A stretch of 64,000 nt of DNA, taken from positions 124,001 through 188,000 of the forward strand of contig JALDZX010000036.1 in NCBI GenBank assembly GCA_022813865.1. The letters run 5' to 3'. The translations under genes were made by a program, and so were the position numbers. Shown piece by piece: positions 1-10,767 of the stretch. The DNA comes from Xylographa opegraphella (taxonomy: Eukaryota). Position 1 is the first letter of the stretch. Each line of letters opens with the position of its first letter. The notes under the pieces were generated by a model. It was not told the DNA's origin and searched no databases. It worked only from the letters and a program-made list of their open reading frames with translations.

Positions 1-956
1 TGAGTGCATCGACGACGGAATAGGTGATGTCCGCATAGGATACGCTGACAAGGGTGATGAGGCGGACGATACTAATGATACATATGCTAGACATGATGTC
101 AGCAAATCTCTTAGTACGCATGAAGATATCCTACTGACGTGAAGCCAATACCGAACATTCCGAACAATGCTATCTTGTTCTTCCTCGGGACATGGAGGTT
201 CCAGACCATTGGCATGGGAAGGCACAAGACCATGAAATCGGTAAGGATGTTGAAGGCTCCGGTAATGATATAGGACAGAATCTGGTTTCCGCACGAGCCC
301 CCAGGGATCGTCTGATCCCAATTGAATGCGAACGGCCTGCACAGAAGAAAGGCGCAAAGAACCACACTTGCACCCCAGAGAAGGACGACAACCATAAGGA
401 CCTTTGCGACGAGCTTAAATAAAGGCACATTGAAGATTCGTACATAAAACACGAGGAGGGACAACTTTATGAAGACGAGAGAAGTGGCCCAAAGGATTTG
501 AATGGCAACCAAATCCTGAAGGAAGGTGGTGAGTGAGGGTAGAAAACGTTCAACGAGTGCGGGTATTTACCTTGAGAAAGATCACAACTCCGGCTGGTCC
601 ATCGGTCTCCATTACTTCGGTCACATGTCGACCAACACCACCAATGATAATGCCTTGAGATATATTAGGGTGGCAGAACTCATAATCGATGGGCAATCTT
701 ACCGACAAAGTCGCATGCTTGTAATGCCCAAGTGCAGATCTAATGATGATTAGGATCTATAGCGAAATTGTATTTCTTCTCGACTACGTACCAAGGCAGC
801 AAAGATCAGGTAGTCACTTGCATCGATACTCGTCTTCTTGAGCCTCTTGGACACAATACGCAGCGCGACGGCCATACCTGAAACGACAGCAAAGACGGCG
901 GAAACGATCAACGGGGCCGTTTGCCTTTGAGAGGTGATGGGAGCTGGCGTGGCCAT
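1..956 (-). CDS. PTH11-like / fungal rhodopsin-domain integral membrane protein (multi-exon, 3' end runs off window start)
   Basis: ATG at 956 (MATPAPITSQRQTAPLIV...VALRIVSKRLKKTSIDASDYLIFAAL). Downstream exon carries family motifs KLSLLVFYVRIF, CRPFAFNWDQTIPGGSC, NILTDFMVLCLPMPMVWNLHVPRKNK. GT-AG introns. Confidence 0.88.
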
Positions 957-2959
957 TTTGATATGGCTAGAATTGAAGCCTATAGATTGCACGGCAGTCG
1001 AAGTGGAACTGTAGAGCAAGGAAACGAAAGAAACTTGAGTCGAGTGGAAGAGTTCTCAAAGACCCTGTGAAAGGAGCGACGTCGTTGTGGATATAAAAGC
1101 CGCTGTCAAAAGCTTGGGCACTCTGTCGAGGACAAGGGGGAAACGCCCAGTACCGTCACAGTCTCCTGGAAAAGCGTTGGATCGCTGCACTGGCCCAATC
1201 AGTTCGACTATTCAAGGACCTTCAGGTACTCTGTGGGCTTTTTACAGTTCTGTTCCCTATCCGAAGTCTTGGAATGCTGCGTTGCTTTTTAACGGCGTCT
1301 AGCATTAGACCCTGCTTAGACTCTTCAAGGCGGAGCCTAGCGGTCTCTTAGGAGTCGGCCACCACCCCGGATGGCTGACAGAACCCGATGTGCTAGAGGA
1401 TGCCCGAAGCACGGAGTAAAAGGTTAGGTGAAGATAGTTGACCGGCGGCGTGAGAATTTTCTCTTTAGAGGCAACCGGTTCAATGAGTAGCGATGAGCCC
1501 CCGATCGAGACGAATCAATTCGAACGATGCGGCGAACGATTGAGTTGCGATCCGATTGCCAGTGATTGGTCGTCCTCGCTTTCCTGCTCGACGTAGAATA
1601 GTAGTCAGTGGTCAAGCAAAAGAGCTGGTATGCTGACGAGCTGCAGCAAACATTGGCCCTGAACAACGAAAGGTTCTACCGCGAGAGCCAATCCCCACTG
1701 ATCTGCTCAAACGTCGCGTAGAGTAGGAATGTCTCAGCGACAGCTTGACTTTGTTACAAATGGCTTAGTCGTAGCCTTTAGCGGCAGAGTGGTAGCTGGC
1801 AAGTACGAGAAGTGCTGAGGTCTGAAAGGCTCATCCCCTGCAGGTGAGGATCATTGCAAGTGGTGAGCGAGTGTCGGGAAATGGCCCCCACATACTCCGT
1901 ATCGTCCCGCGTCTTGGCTTGTGCTCAAGCCTGTATTCCAGGTCCATTGTTCATTTCTTTCCTGAGTGGCCCGTGACGATCACTCCTACGAGACCGCACT
2001 TTCGTCCCTGGTGGACCCCCAGTTCAGGAGGACGGCAGTCATCACCGTTGACATGGTCGTTTCACAGGGGCATGAATATCCATGGTTGAGGGTACTTTGT
2101 AGTATGTTCTTACTGAAAGGAGATAAGAGAAGCTATGAACAGTACTAGCAGGTATCACTAGTCGGTAAGCTAAAGGACGTGCTATTTTAGTGGGGCCCGG
2201 TAAAGGGTTCGGGCTGCGCTAAGATATGCAGGCACTGCGGGAACTAGCCCGAATGGGAGCTGGGAGAACACCGATGGCTCTCGCCCAGACTGTTCTGTTT
2301 GCTGATGGAGAGAAATTACCTAAGGGATCTATCAACCAATCTACACCTCAGATATCTTACCGGATCTTTCCTAGAACCACTCAGCCAAAGGCAGCAAAAC
2401 AAATTCCGACACATCATCACATTCGCCTTCCAAATTAACATCTTAAACTGGCCAGGGCTCCCTGTACTTGTAGGTAGCTCTGTCACAGATGCCGGACGAA
2501 GCAGCGACCCCGACTCTAGTGCTCCTGAGGCCCTCCCGTACTACTTCTAGCAATTGCCGACGGCGTCCTTAGGGAGTTGGAGCTGCGGCTTTTGCTTTTA
2601 TGACCCTCCCTCACTTTAGCCAAGAAGGGCACGGAGGGAGGCCGCTAATGAAGGCCACGCCTTGTTCCCCGCTGCAGGTTCCACGCTGCACTCCACACTA
2701 CGAAGTAAGGTGCAGGAACAAGTTACATACCACTCGAACACGATAACGCTGGGCATGAGTGGGATAGGGGCGTCGGGAGAGGCAACGGGAGTCCCGCTGT
2801 CGCCTCCTCCGCTCTAAACTTCCTCGCCTCTCGGTGCAGGACCCAGCTGCTTGCTGCATTTGTATTTCCCGTCGCGCCTGTGTTGTTCCGTCTACAATCA
2901 TTAGTCAGCCTAGAGCGTCAGAGAGTCCCCGGGAAAAGGAAACTGAGTAGGCCAAAATC

Positions 2960-4783
2960 ATGTCGCAAGCAGATCACACGGGACTCAGCTATGCGGTCCC
3001 TGCTATCGTGTCTTTGGGGTTCGCCTCGTTGTTAGCATTGGCGATTCAGCGTCGGTATCTGTCCAGTATCAGCGACATTCCGGGACCATTTTGGGCCTCC
3101 TTCAGCACATTATGGCAAGTATGGCATCTCATCAAGGGCCGTATTCAGGAAGACTCCCTTCGTCTACATCACAGATACGGTGAGTCGAGCTTTCCCTAGG
3201 AAACATTGACTGGAGCTCTGACAACTACGGCCAGGCCACTTTGTGCGGATTAGCAACAAGGAAGTCAGTGTCAACCATCCGGATGCCATTCGAGCGCTCC
3301 TGCTCGCCCCGCTACCCAAGGTCAGTGGAGAGTTCACGCAGACTTCCCATTCGTCAGCTGCGACCTCCAGCTTCCAAGTCCAGTCGTCCCCCGGAAGTGA
3401 CTAATGCAGAATGACAGAGCAATTGGTACAAGATCTTCTGTCTCCCTAATTACAACCATCAGACTCCCATGTCGGAGACCGACCCCAAGCGCCGCGTCGA
3501 GAGAGCAAGAACCGTCGCATCCGCGTATGCACTGTCAAATATCATCAAATCCGAACCCTACATCGACAATGCGATCGGCTTGCTCGAGACGCGGTTGGAC
3601 GAACTTGCCGCTTCCGGGAAGCCTGTCGAGTTTGAAAATTGGTTCAACTACATGGCCTTTGATATCGTTGGCGAAGTGGCTTTCTCCCACACCTTTGGCT
3701 TCCTGGAGCAAGGCAAGGACGTTGGGGGCGCCATCGCCAACAGCCGCGTACTGACGGTCTACATCGCTGTGATGGGCTACTTCCAATGGCTGCACCGCTT
3801 GACGCTCGGCAACCCGCTGGTTGAGAAGTGGGGCCTCACGCCATCTCAGCACATCTTCGATACTAGCAAACGTGCAGTGCTGAGTCGTCAGAAGAACCCC
3901 GACGTCCGGTTCGACATGATGGAGCAATGGCTCCAAACACGGAAACTTTACCCTGAACGGCTCAGCGAGAATGAAATGTATGGCGTCGTCAATGCCACCA
4001 TCGGTGCCGGAGCCGACACCATCAGCACGACGATGCAGGCCTTCTGGTATCATCTCCTCCGCCACCCGCAACACCTCGCCAAACTCCGCGCCGAGATCGA
4101 TGCCGCCGCGGCCGACGGGAAACTGTCGCATATCGTCAGCTTTGCCGAAGCCCAGCAGCTGCCATTCCTCCAAGCCTGCGTAAGTGATTCTCGGTGGCGT
4201 AACGGGAAAAGCTTTTCGCTAAGTGCAAAAACTTGCAGATCAAAGAAACATTCCGGTACCACCCAGCGGTGATGTTCGGCCTTCCTCGCGTCGTGCCCAA
4301 GGGCGGTCTGACCATCGGAGGCCGTCATTTCGCCGAAGGGGTACGACATCCCCTTCTCTGGCGACGGACACACAGTGCTAACCATCACTGCAGATCGAAC
4401 TCAGCGTCAACCCCTGGGTAATCCACCGCAGCACCGAGTTCTTCGGGCCCGACGCGGCCCTCTTCAATCCCGAGCGCTGGCTTCGCAGCGAGAACCAGGC
4501 CCAGGAAAAGAACCTGATCCACGTACGTTTTCAATCCCTAATCCCCCCTTTCCCTCCAACCGCCGACTGACTCCACGCTTCCCAGTTCGGCGCCGGCTAT
4601 AACTCGTGCCCGGGCCGCAACCTGGCGCAGCTGGAGGTGTCCAAGGTCACGGCGACCATGGTGCGCGATTACGATGTGCGGCAGATCGATCCCAGCAAGG
4701 ACTGGAGCTACGAGGCGCATTTCACGGCCGTGCCGTACGGCTGGCCGTGCACGGTGACGCGCCGCGATGCTGGCAAGGCGTGA
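2960..4783 (+). CDS. Cytochrome P450 monooxygenase (multi-exon)
   Basis: N-terminal TM anchor plus IPGPFWAS; I-helix AGADT; ExxR (KETFR); PERW (FNPERWL); heme motif FGAGYNSCPGRNLA in the last exon; stop TGA 4781-4783. Confidence 0.95.
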
Positions 4784-5286
4784 ATGTAATCTTCGTCTGT
4801 CGATAGAGGGTGAGCCCTACGTGTAGCATAGGTATATCGCCTCGTTTAAACCGTAGTCCGGATACCACTAATAGAGGGGTTGACGGGATTCTTGTGGACA
4901 ATGGTAGAAGGCCAGCTCGGGACGGTGGATAGCGGCACGAGTGCTGAGCGAGGAGCAGACACCGTAAGGTAGCCTTGAGGCCGATGGTCTGCATACCGGA
5001 CACGAAATGATCATAGTGTAGAACGTCAGATCCCGCAATAATCTTGCTAGAAAATCGCATGAAAGACCTTAGATCTTAACCTCACTTACCTCAACTGCTC
5101 CAAAACCCCCTCCATTCCCTACCTACACACTCAGCTTCCAAAACGCCCCCCCCCTTCGCTTACATCCCCCACCCACAAAGCCCCCGACATCGCACACCCC
5201 CATCCGCCCCTCCCAAAAAAACAAAACCAACCCCCACCACAACAACAAAAAAAACCAAAACAATATTAATCCTCCAGTGATGTTTA

Positions 5287-5368
5287 TGCCGCCACCCAGA
5301 ATTGAACTAGGGATCTTCGCATCTCGCGGTGGTACAAGTGCGACGCGTTACCACTGCGCCATGGCGGC
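5287..5368 (-). tRNA. tRNA-Thr(TGT) with 10-nt intron
   Basis: Minus strand reads GCCGCCA..TGGCGGC acceptor stem, D-arm GCGCAGTGGTAACGC, anticodon stem TCGCA/TGCGA with loop CT-TGT-A, intron CCACCGCGAG (5323-5332) after position 37, T-arm CCTAG-TTCAATT-CTGGG. Confidence 0.95.
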
Positions 5369-5841
5369 CCAGTCGTTTCCGAAACGGAGCCGGGAAGCCG
5401 GTGGAGAATTAGCGGTGAGTTTTCTTGGTTAAGTATATATTGTTATTTGTCTGTGGCATTTGGTGATCGAGGGTGCGTAACGGGTGTGGGTGGGTCGTGG
5501 ATGGGTTTTATGGTGGGTGCTGAGATGGGTTGGGTTGTTTACTTACTTTATAGCGGTGTGAGGTGTAGGGGTGTGGTGTGCGAGGAGGATGCATTGGTAA
5601 TTTTACGAGTTCGTGTTGTGGAATGAGTCCGTGAGAGGTGTTGTATGTTCAAGCGCCGGCTATGAAAAATTGCTAGGTGCCCAACGAAGCTATTTGATCG
5701 TGGAGAAATACAGCCGACAAAGTCAATCCCTTCCCCTCCAACAGCTCCGATACAACATCATCCACACAAGCCGAATCCAAAACTCTCAATTCCCCCCAGA
5801 AGATGTCCTGCAACGCTCGCTCTGCCTACCGCGCCCGCTAC

Positions 5842-6374
5842 CTACACCGACTTGACCTTGTATCCTAGCCTGTACGCATTGCCGAACGTCCACAGCCCGA
5901 AGAGCGCCAGCATGCTCAGGCCGGCGGGGAGGGGCTTCTGGGACCGGATGGCGCGCGGGATGGAGCTCCCGGCGAGGATGACGGAGGCGAGGAGCGCGAG
6001 CTCGACGCCGTAGGATTGGCGTTGCTGGATGCGGTAGCCGCCGAGGCCGTACTGGGGGAGAGACGTGTTAGCGAAGTGTGAGAGGTGAGAGGTGGAGAGG
6101 GATTGTGGAGGAATGTGCGAGAGACGCGGGATTTTGGCGATAGTATCGCAGGCGTAACAGTCGAGGACACGTGAAGGTGATATGGGGATACCTACCAATG
6201 CTCCAACGGTGCACCCAGCTGCTATGGACGGGATGGAGCCCGTGCGGATATATCCGGTGATGCCTCCGCCAGCGGTGAGGGCGGCGAGGATGTAGGCGGG
6301 GGTGTCTTGTCCCTGGGGGAACGTTAGCCCATTGCCATATTTCAGAAATACAGCCTTGTTCAGAGCCTTACCAT
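5842..6374 (-). CDS. TMEM14-family small membrane protein (3 exons)
   Basis: ATG-G micro-exon at 6374 followed by a GTAAGG donor; spliced MGQDTPAYILAALTAGGGITGYIRTGSIPSIAAGCTVGAL|YGLGGYRIQQRQSYGVELALLASVILAGSSIPRAIRSQKPLP. Confidence 0.9.
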
Positions 6375-6571
6375 GTTGTGAAAATGATTGAGTTCTCAGG
6401 GTTCGTTATCAGATATATCTGCCGTGAGTTCAGGAGCTCGGTGAGACAAAATACGGAGCAGTCTCGTGAGGAGGTCGCTTCGGACATTTCGGCCTTGCGC
6501 CTCGTCTGGGAGGACTCGGCACTCGGCTAGGATAGGATAGCTACGGGCGAAGGTGGCTTGGAAGCCACTTT

Positions 6572-6603
6572 ACGCGCGAGAGTCGCGTCACCTTTTGACG
6601 CGT
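6572..6603. promoter_or_regulatory. Cluster of MCB-like (CGCG-core) elements in the TMEM14 / RNR-inhibitor divergent promoter
   Basis: ACGCGC (6572), TCGCGT (6583) and a perfect MluI box ACGCGT (6598-6603) within 32 bp. Confidence 0.5.
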
Positions 6604-7025
6604 GGGAGCAATCGGCCCCACTATTGTCCAACCGGTTGTTGGCGGCTGCTATTGTCACGATTGTACACTACCGATTGTACAGCCTCACCTATTGAGTACA
6701 TCTGTAACAGATCTAGAGCCAGCTGACTCCGATCTCCCCGCTCTTCAACCCACGACTTGGTTTCTGTGTTCTTTCTTCCTGCACCTTCTCGAACATTGAC
6801 TGCATTGCACCTATCTAGCCTTTAACAGCAGCTGTTGAGGATAGGATCAAGATTCATTCACCCTTTTGATCAGAAACTGAGCACCACCACCAGAACTCCA
6901 CGCCATCACAAAATCAACACGCTCTCCAGACTCTCCGAAACCGTCTCTAGAACTCCCATCATTATCACGCTTTCCACGCCAAATATAAGATCCTCACTGT
7001 CGTCAACCAGGTATCATCCATCACG

Positions 7026-7715
7026 ATGCAGCCTTCAACCACAGCCACCTCCAAACGGCGCCGCTTCGCCCAACCCACCACGATCAACAACTACTTCTTC
7101 CCCTCCACCCACCACCCCTCGGCCCCCACAGACGCCATCTCACCCTCCGGCCTCCTCAGCCCCTCCCTCCCAGCGGACGTACAAGCCTCGCTCCTCCAAG
7201 TCGGCATGCGAGTGCGAAAATCCATCCCCGAAGGCTACAAAACCATAGCCCCCACAAACCCCACCGCCACCAAGGCCTCGCCCACGCAAGCCACACCCAG
7301 TAAACCGACAACCAGCGAACTGACCCCCTTCTGCGGCATCCACAAAGTGGGTGGCTACGGCTACCAACTCCACGCCGCCGACGACGACAACGACGCAGAG
7401 TCCATCTTCCCTTCCTCGCAAGAATCCTCCACCTCGTCCATGGCGCCGCCCGCCTCACCACCCACCACCAAGAAACGCGGCTGGTCCGTTGGCTCGGACG
7501 ACCTGGTGGAGAATATTAACGCCTTTCGCGGGTCCATGTCCCCCCCGCCCCTGCGGCCCCTCGCGCAGCCGAAGACGAGGGTCCGCCGCTCGCCGCGGAG
7601 TAATGCGTGGGGCGGCTGCGAGCACGATGTGATGGAGTGGGACGATTTCGAGGAGGCGCATTTCCTGCAGCCGCTGGAGAAGTGGGGGCCCGGGACGTGT
7701 GTGCCGTTTGGGTGA
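7026..7715 (+). CDS. Ribonucleotide reductase inhibitor family protein (Spd1/Dif1/Sml1-like)
   Basis: Hallmark segment DVQASLLQVGMRVRKSIPEGYKT, plus ELTPFCGIHKVGG and C-terminal DDFEEAHFL; otherwise low complexity. Confidence 0.85.
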   Translation: MQPSTTATSKRRRFAQPTTINNYFFPSTHHPSAPTDAISPSGLLSPSLPADVQASLLQVGMRVRKSIPEGYKTIAPTNPTATKASPTQATPSKPTTSELTPFCGIHKVGGYGYQLHAADDDNDAESIFPSSQESSTSSMAPPASPPTTKKRGWSVGSDDLVENINAFRGSMSPPPLRPLAQPKTRVRRSPRSNAWGGCEHDVMEWDDFEEAHFLQPLEKWGPGTCVPFG

Positions 7716-8568
7716 CGGGGAGGGATATACTTGTGGAGCGGGTGGGAGGCGGAGTGGAGGATGATATCCGGTGCGATTGACTCGGGCGGGCTTTGGTTGG
7801 GGGAGTTTGGGGGATGGGGAGGATGCTGTATATATATTTCTTGCATTGGTCATGATGCACAGACTTGACGCGATTGATGTTACGGTTCGCCTTTGCGTAC
7901 CTAGCTGTATAGTCTTGCGAGTTGCCCTTGTACCTAGGTACTCTGACAGGAATTTTACATCAGAACTGCCTTGGCTTCGTGTGTCTCTTTTACGCTGTGA
8001 GTGATATTTTCTGATCAGCCAGTATTGGCTCTTATGTGCAGCACTCTATCAACTTGTTATACCAATATTCCATCAATCAATGCCGGCATCATACCCTGTG
8101 GTACGCAGCTGACAGTGCGTTCGAGATATCGAATATGAGCGATGGTCTAGGAAGAGGTATCACCCAAGCGAGGACACGGACTGTTGCTGATCATGGGGGA
8201 TTTGATCTCTTTTGTCGATATCCAAGGGTACGAAGGACAGGATCGGATGATCCAGACTCATCCCGAGCATTAACCTGACACGCAATATGACGATGCCATG
8301 GCATAGGGGAGTTTCTGGCTTCGTGTCACTTCTCGTACTGCTGTGAGATGCGTCAGTCATGCTTGATGTATACCGTGTCCGCAGTCGAAGGACGTACTTA
8401 CTGTGTCGTCAGAAAAACAAAGCTTCCAGTGCGTCGAGTGTAATCGGTTCCGCGTCACCATTGGTGCTGCACTGAAGTATGAGACTGTTTCGCCTTACTG
8501 ATATCTTCGGAGGAGCAGAGCTCATACTTCAAAAGGTGACCTTCATTTGTAGACACTTTCCGCACATA

Positions 8569-10414
8569 TCATATCTGAAGCTCGCGTAATTCATCACCGA
8601 GCTTCGCCAGCTCTTTGACCACATCGTGGTGGAAGCCCGCTTGAAGTTCTGGGTCGCTCAAGTCGTCCCCACACCCAAAGTCGCACTGCAGACATTTCTT
8701 GACGATCTTGCCATAAGCACTTCCCATCTCCCTCCCTATCGAAGAAGCAAGGCGTTTGGCAACGAAGAACTCCGTGTATTTATTCTCTCCTTGCTCGATA
8801 TCAGAGGGTCTTTGTAAGCTAGGTAGAGTCGCCGTAAAGCCTATTTCAAGAAGCAGAACACCAAGGCCGAAGAGCAAAGGATTGGGTGCGAAGGCTCTTG
8901 GTGGAAACGTCGAAGCACGAGCTAGTGCATTGGGGCCTTTGACACTCACACTTAAATGTGGTGGTGAAAGCTCTGGTGGTCGTTCTTGTAGTGTATTTTC
9001 ATCGAACCCAAAGAAGTATATGTCTTCGCTACGCCAAGAGCCCTTGAGCCAAGGAGTAGCATGATATTGTAGCACCGCGACCGCTAGAGAATGTGCAAGT
9101 TGAAGTCTTTCGTACTGAGAGAGCCGAGCCAGCGGACCTTGCTTAGACACAGCCGAGATAACCTGCTCCAGTGAGGTTGCTGGCCGATGGCTGTACCTTG
9201 GAGAAGGCAGTGGGAAATAGATGAGATGCTTATAGCAATCAGTATCGTCAAGCGTTCCGAGACACCGATGTGTCTCTGGGGAGTGTTTGATGCAACTACG
9301 CAGCTGATCACAAAAGTTCTTGCGCATGCACAAGTTCTGGAGTGGCTCATTTACCTTGGCCAGCAAGGTCGGACAGGAGATTGGCGGCGGTAGTGCTGCA
9401 TCGAAACGAACGCTTTTCTTGATCTTCTTAGCAGGAATAGTTTCAGATTGCTCGCCGGATCGCTTGAGGGTTTGGACAAGACTGAAGGAATCCTTTCCCA
9501 ACTGAACAGGATTGCTCTGAGAATGACCAAGTATGGATTCTATCAAGAACCAGATTGGATCACCACTCGAGGCTGAGCCTTGCAGGGTTAGATGTGTGAA
9601 TGCTAGCTTAAACCGTACTTGAGGAGCTCCTTCGTTCTCGATTGCGACTGCATCGAGACAGAAGTGGGTGAGATGCTCGGTGTGCTTGGTACAAGATTTC
9701 CCTAAGGCCTCGTAGACCTTCTGGCTGGCTTTCTGGATCAAGCGGAACCTCTCCACCTCACGATCCAGCTTCCGCGTCGTGAGCTGGGATCGTTCCATGC
9801 GGCGACCCTCCAATTTCGATGTCTGCGCCGACAGAGTTCGAAAATCATCGTTGAGGGACTTGAGATCAATCAAGCTTTCCGAGAGCTTTGATCGTGAGAA
9901 GCTGAATTTGAGCTTCTTGCCAATACGATGTCGCCAGGCTCTATCGCCGATACTACCCTAGAGAGTTCTCTCAGCTACGACAAAAGCCCACACCGACTTC
10001 ACAAAGTATGCTCACAGATTCGCTCTCGATGATGGCCGTCTCAAAATCCGCACTTTCCATCTCCACTTCCTTCAGGTGCTCCTCAATCTCACTTATTATT
10101 GTGATACAAGCGTCCTTGGACGAATCCAGCTGCTGAACGAGCTTATGCTCGAGTCCTTGGTCGTACCAGGACTCGTGATGTTTGTCATCCAGCATTCGCA
10201 CAGCAACCTCATGCTCCACACTCGATTCGAGCAAGATACGACACTCATTGCGGAACACGGTCCTCTGAATCTTCAGCCTTTGTTGAAAGCGATCTAATTT
10301 CGTGGCGAAGTGCCGATAGCGCACGAATGGTTGTAAGCAGTCTTCATAGTGTTCGCACGCCGAGATTAAGAGAGGAAGCACGCCAAGCACAATGCCAACG
10401 GCTTCCGCCATCAT
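8569..10414 (-). CDS. HeLo-like N-terminal domain + degenerate kinase-like C-terminal domain (DUF7580-type), ~595 aa, 2 exons
   Basis: Exon 1 10414-10016 (MAEAVGIVLGVLPLLISACEHY...). Intron 9958-10015 (GTGAGC...GCTGAG...TAG) joins in frame to GSIGDRAWRHRIGKKLKFSFSRSKL. C-terminus has RLQLAHSLAVAVLQYHATPWL..WRSEDIYFF, LFGLGVLLLEIG, MGSAYGKIVKKCLQCDFG. Confidence 0.8.
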
Positions 10415-10767
10415 TCGTTTTATGCTTCTCTACTCGGTGCTCATTTCACGAGGAGCTGGACTCCAGGAACGGACAGAGGTTCTGGACTTTGGAAGTGTTG
10501 CAAGCGGTTGCCCTGGCTGGTTTGCTCGCCGCGTGGCAAAATGCGAGCTTCTATCTGATGATTGGACGAAACGATGGGGTCCCATTTGAAAAACCGGTCT
10601 AGACCAGCAAGGCGCAGCCTCATCGAACTTCCTGGTCACTTCAGCAATACTGGATGCATTGTTTTGATAGAAGGACTTCCAATACTGCAGAGCCCATTTA
10701 GCATGCAAAGCAATAAATATGCATACTATGCCAGAAAGCGTAGTCGCATGTTGAATCTCATATCAAA

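Noticed and set aside
3535..4173. 212-aa minus-strand ORF within the P450
   Set aside because: Antisense shadow of a GC3-rich coding exon.
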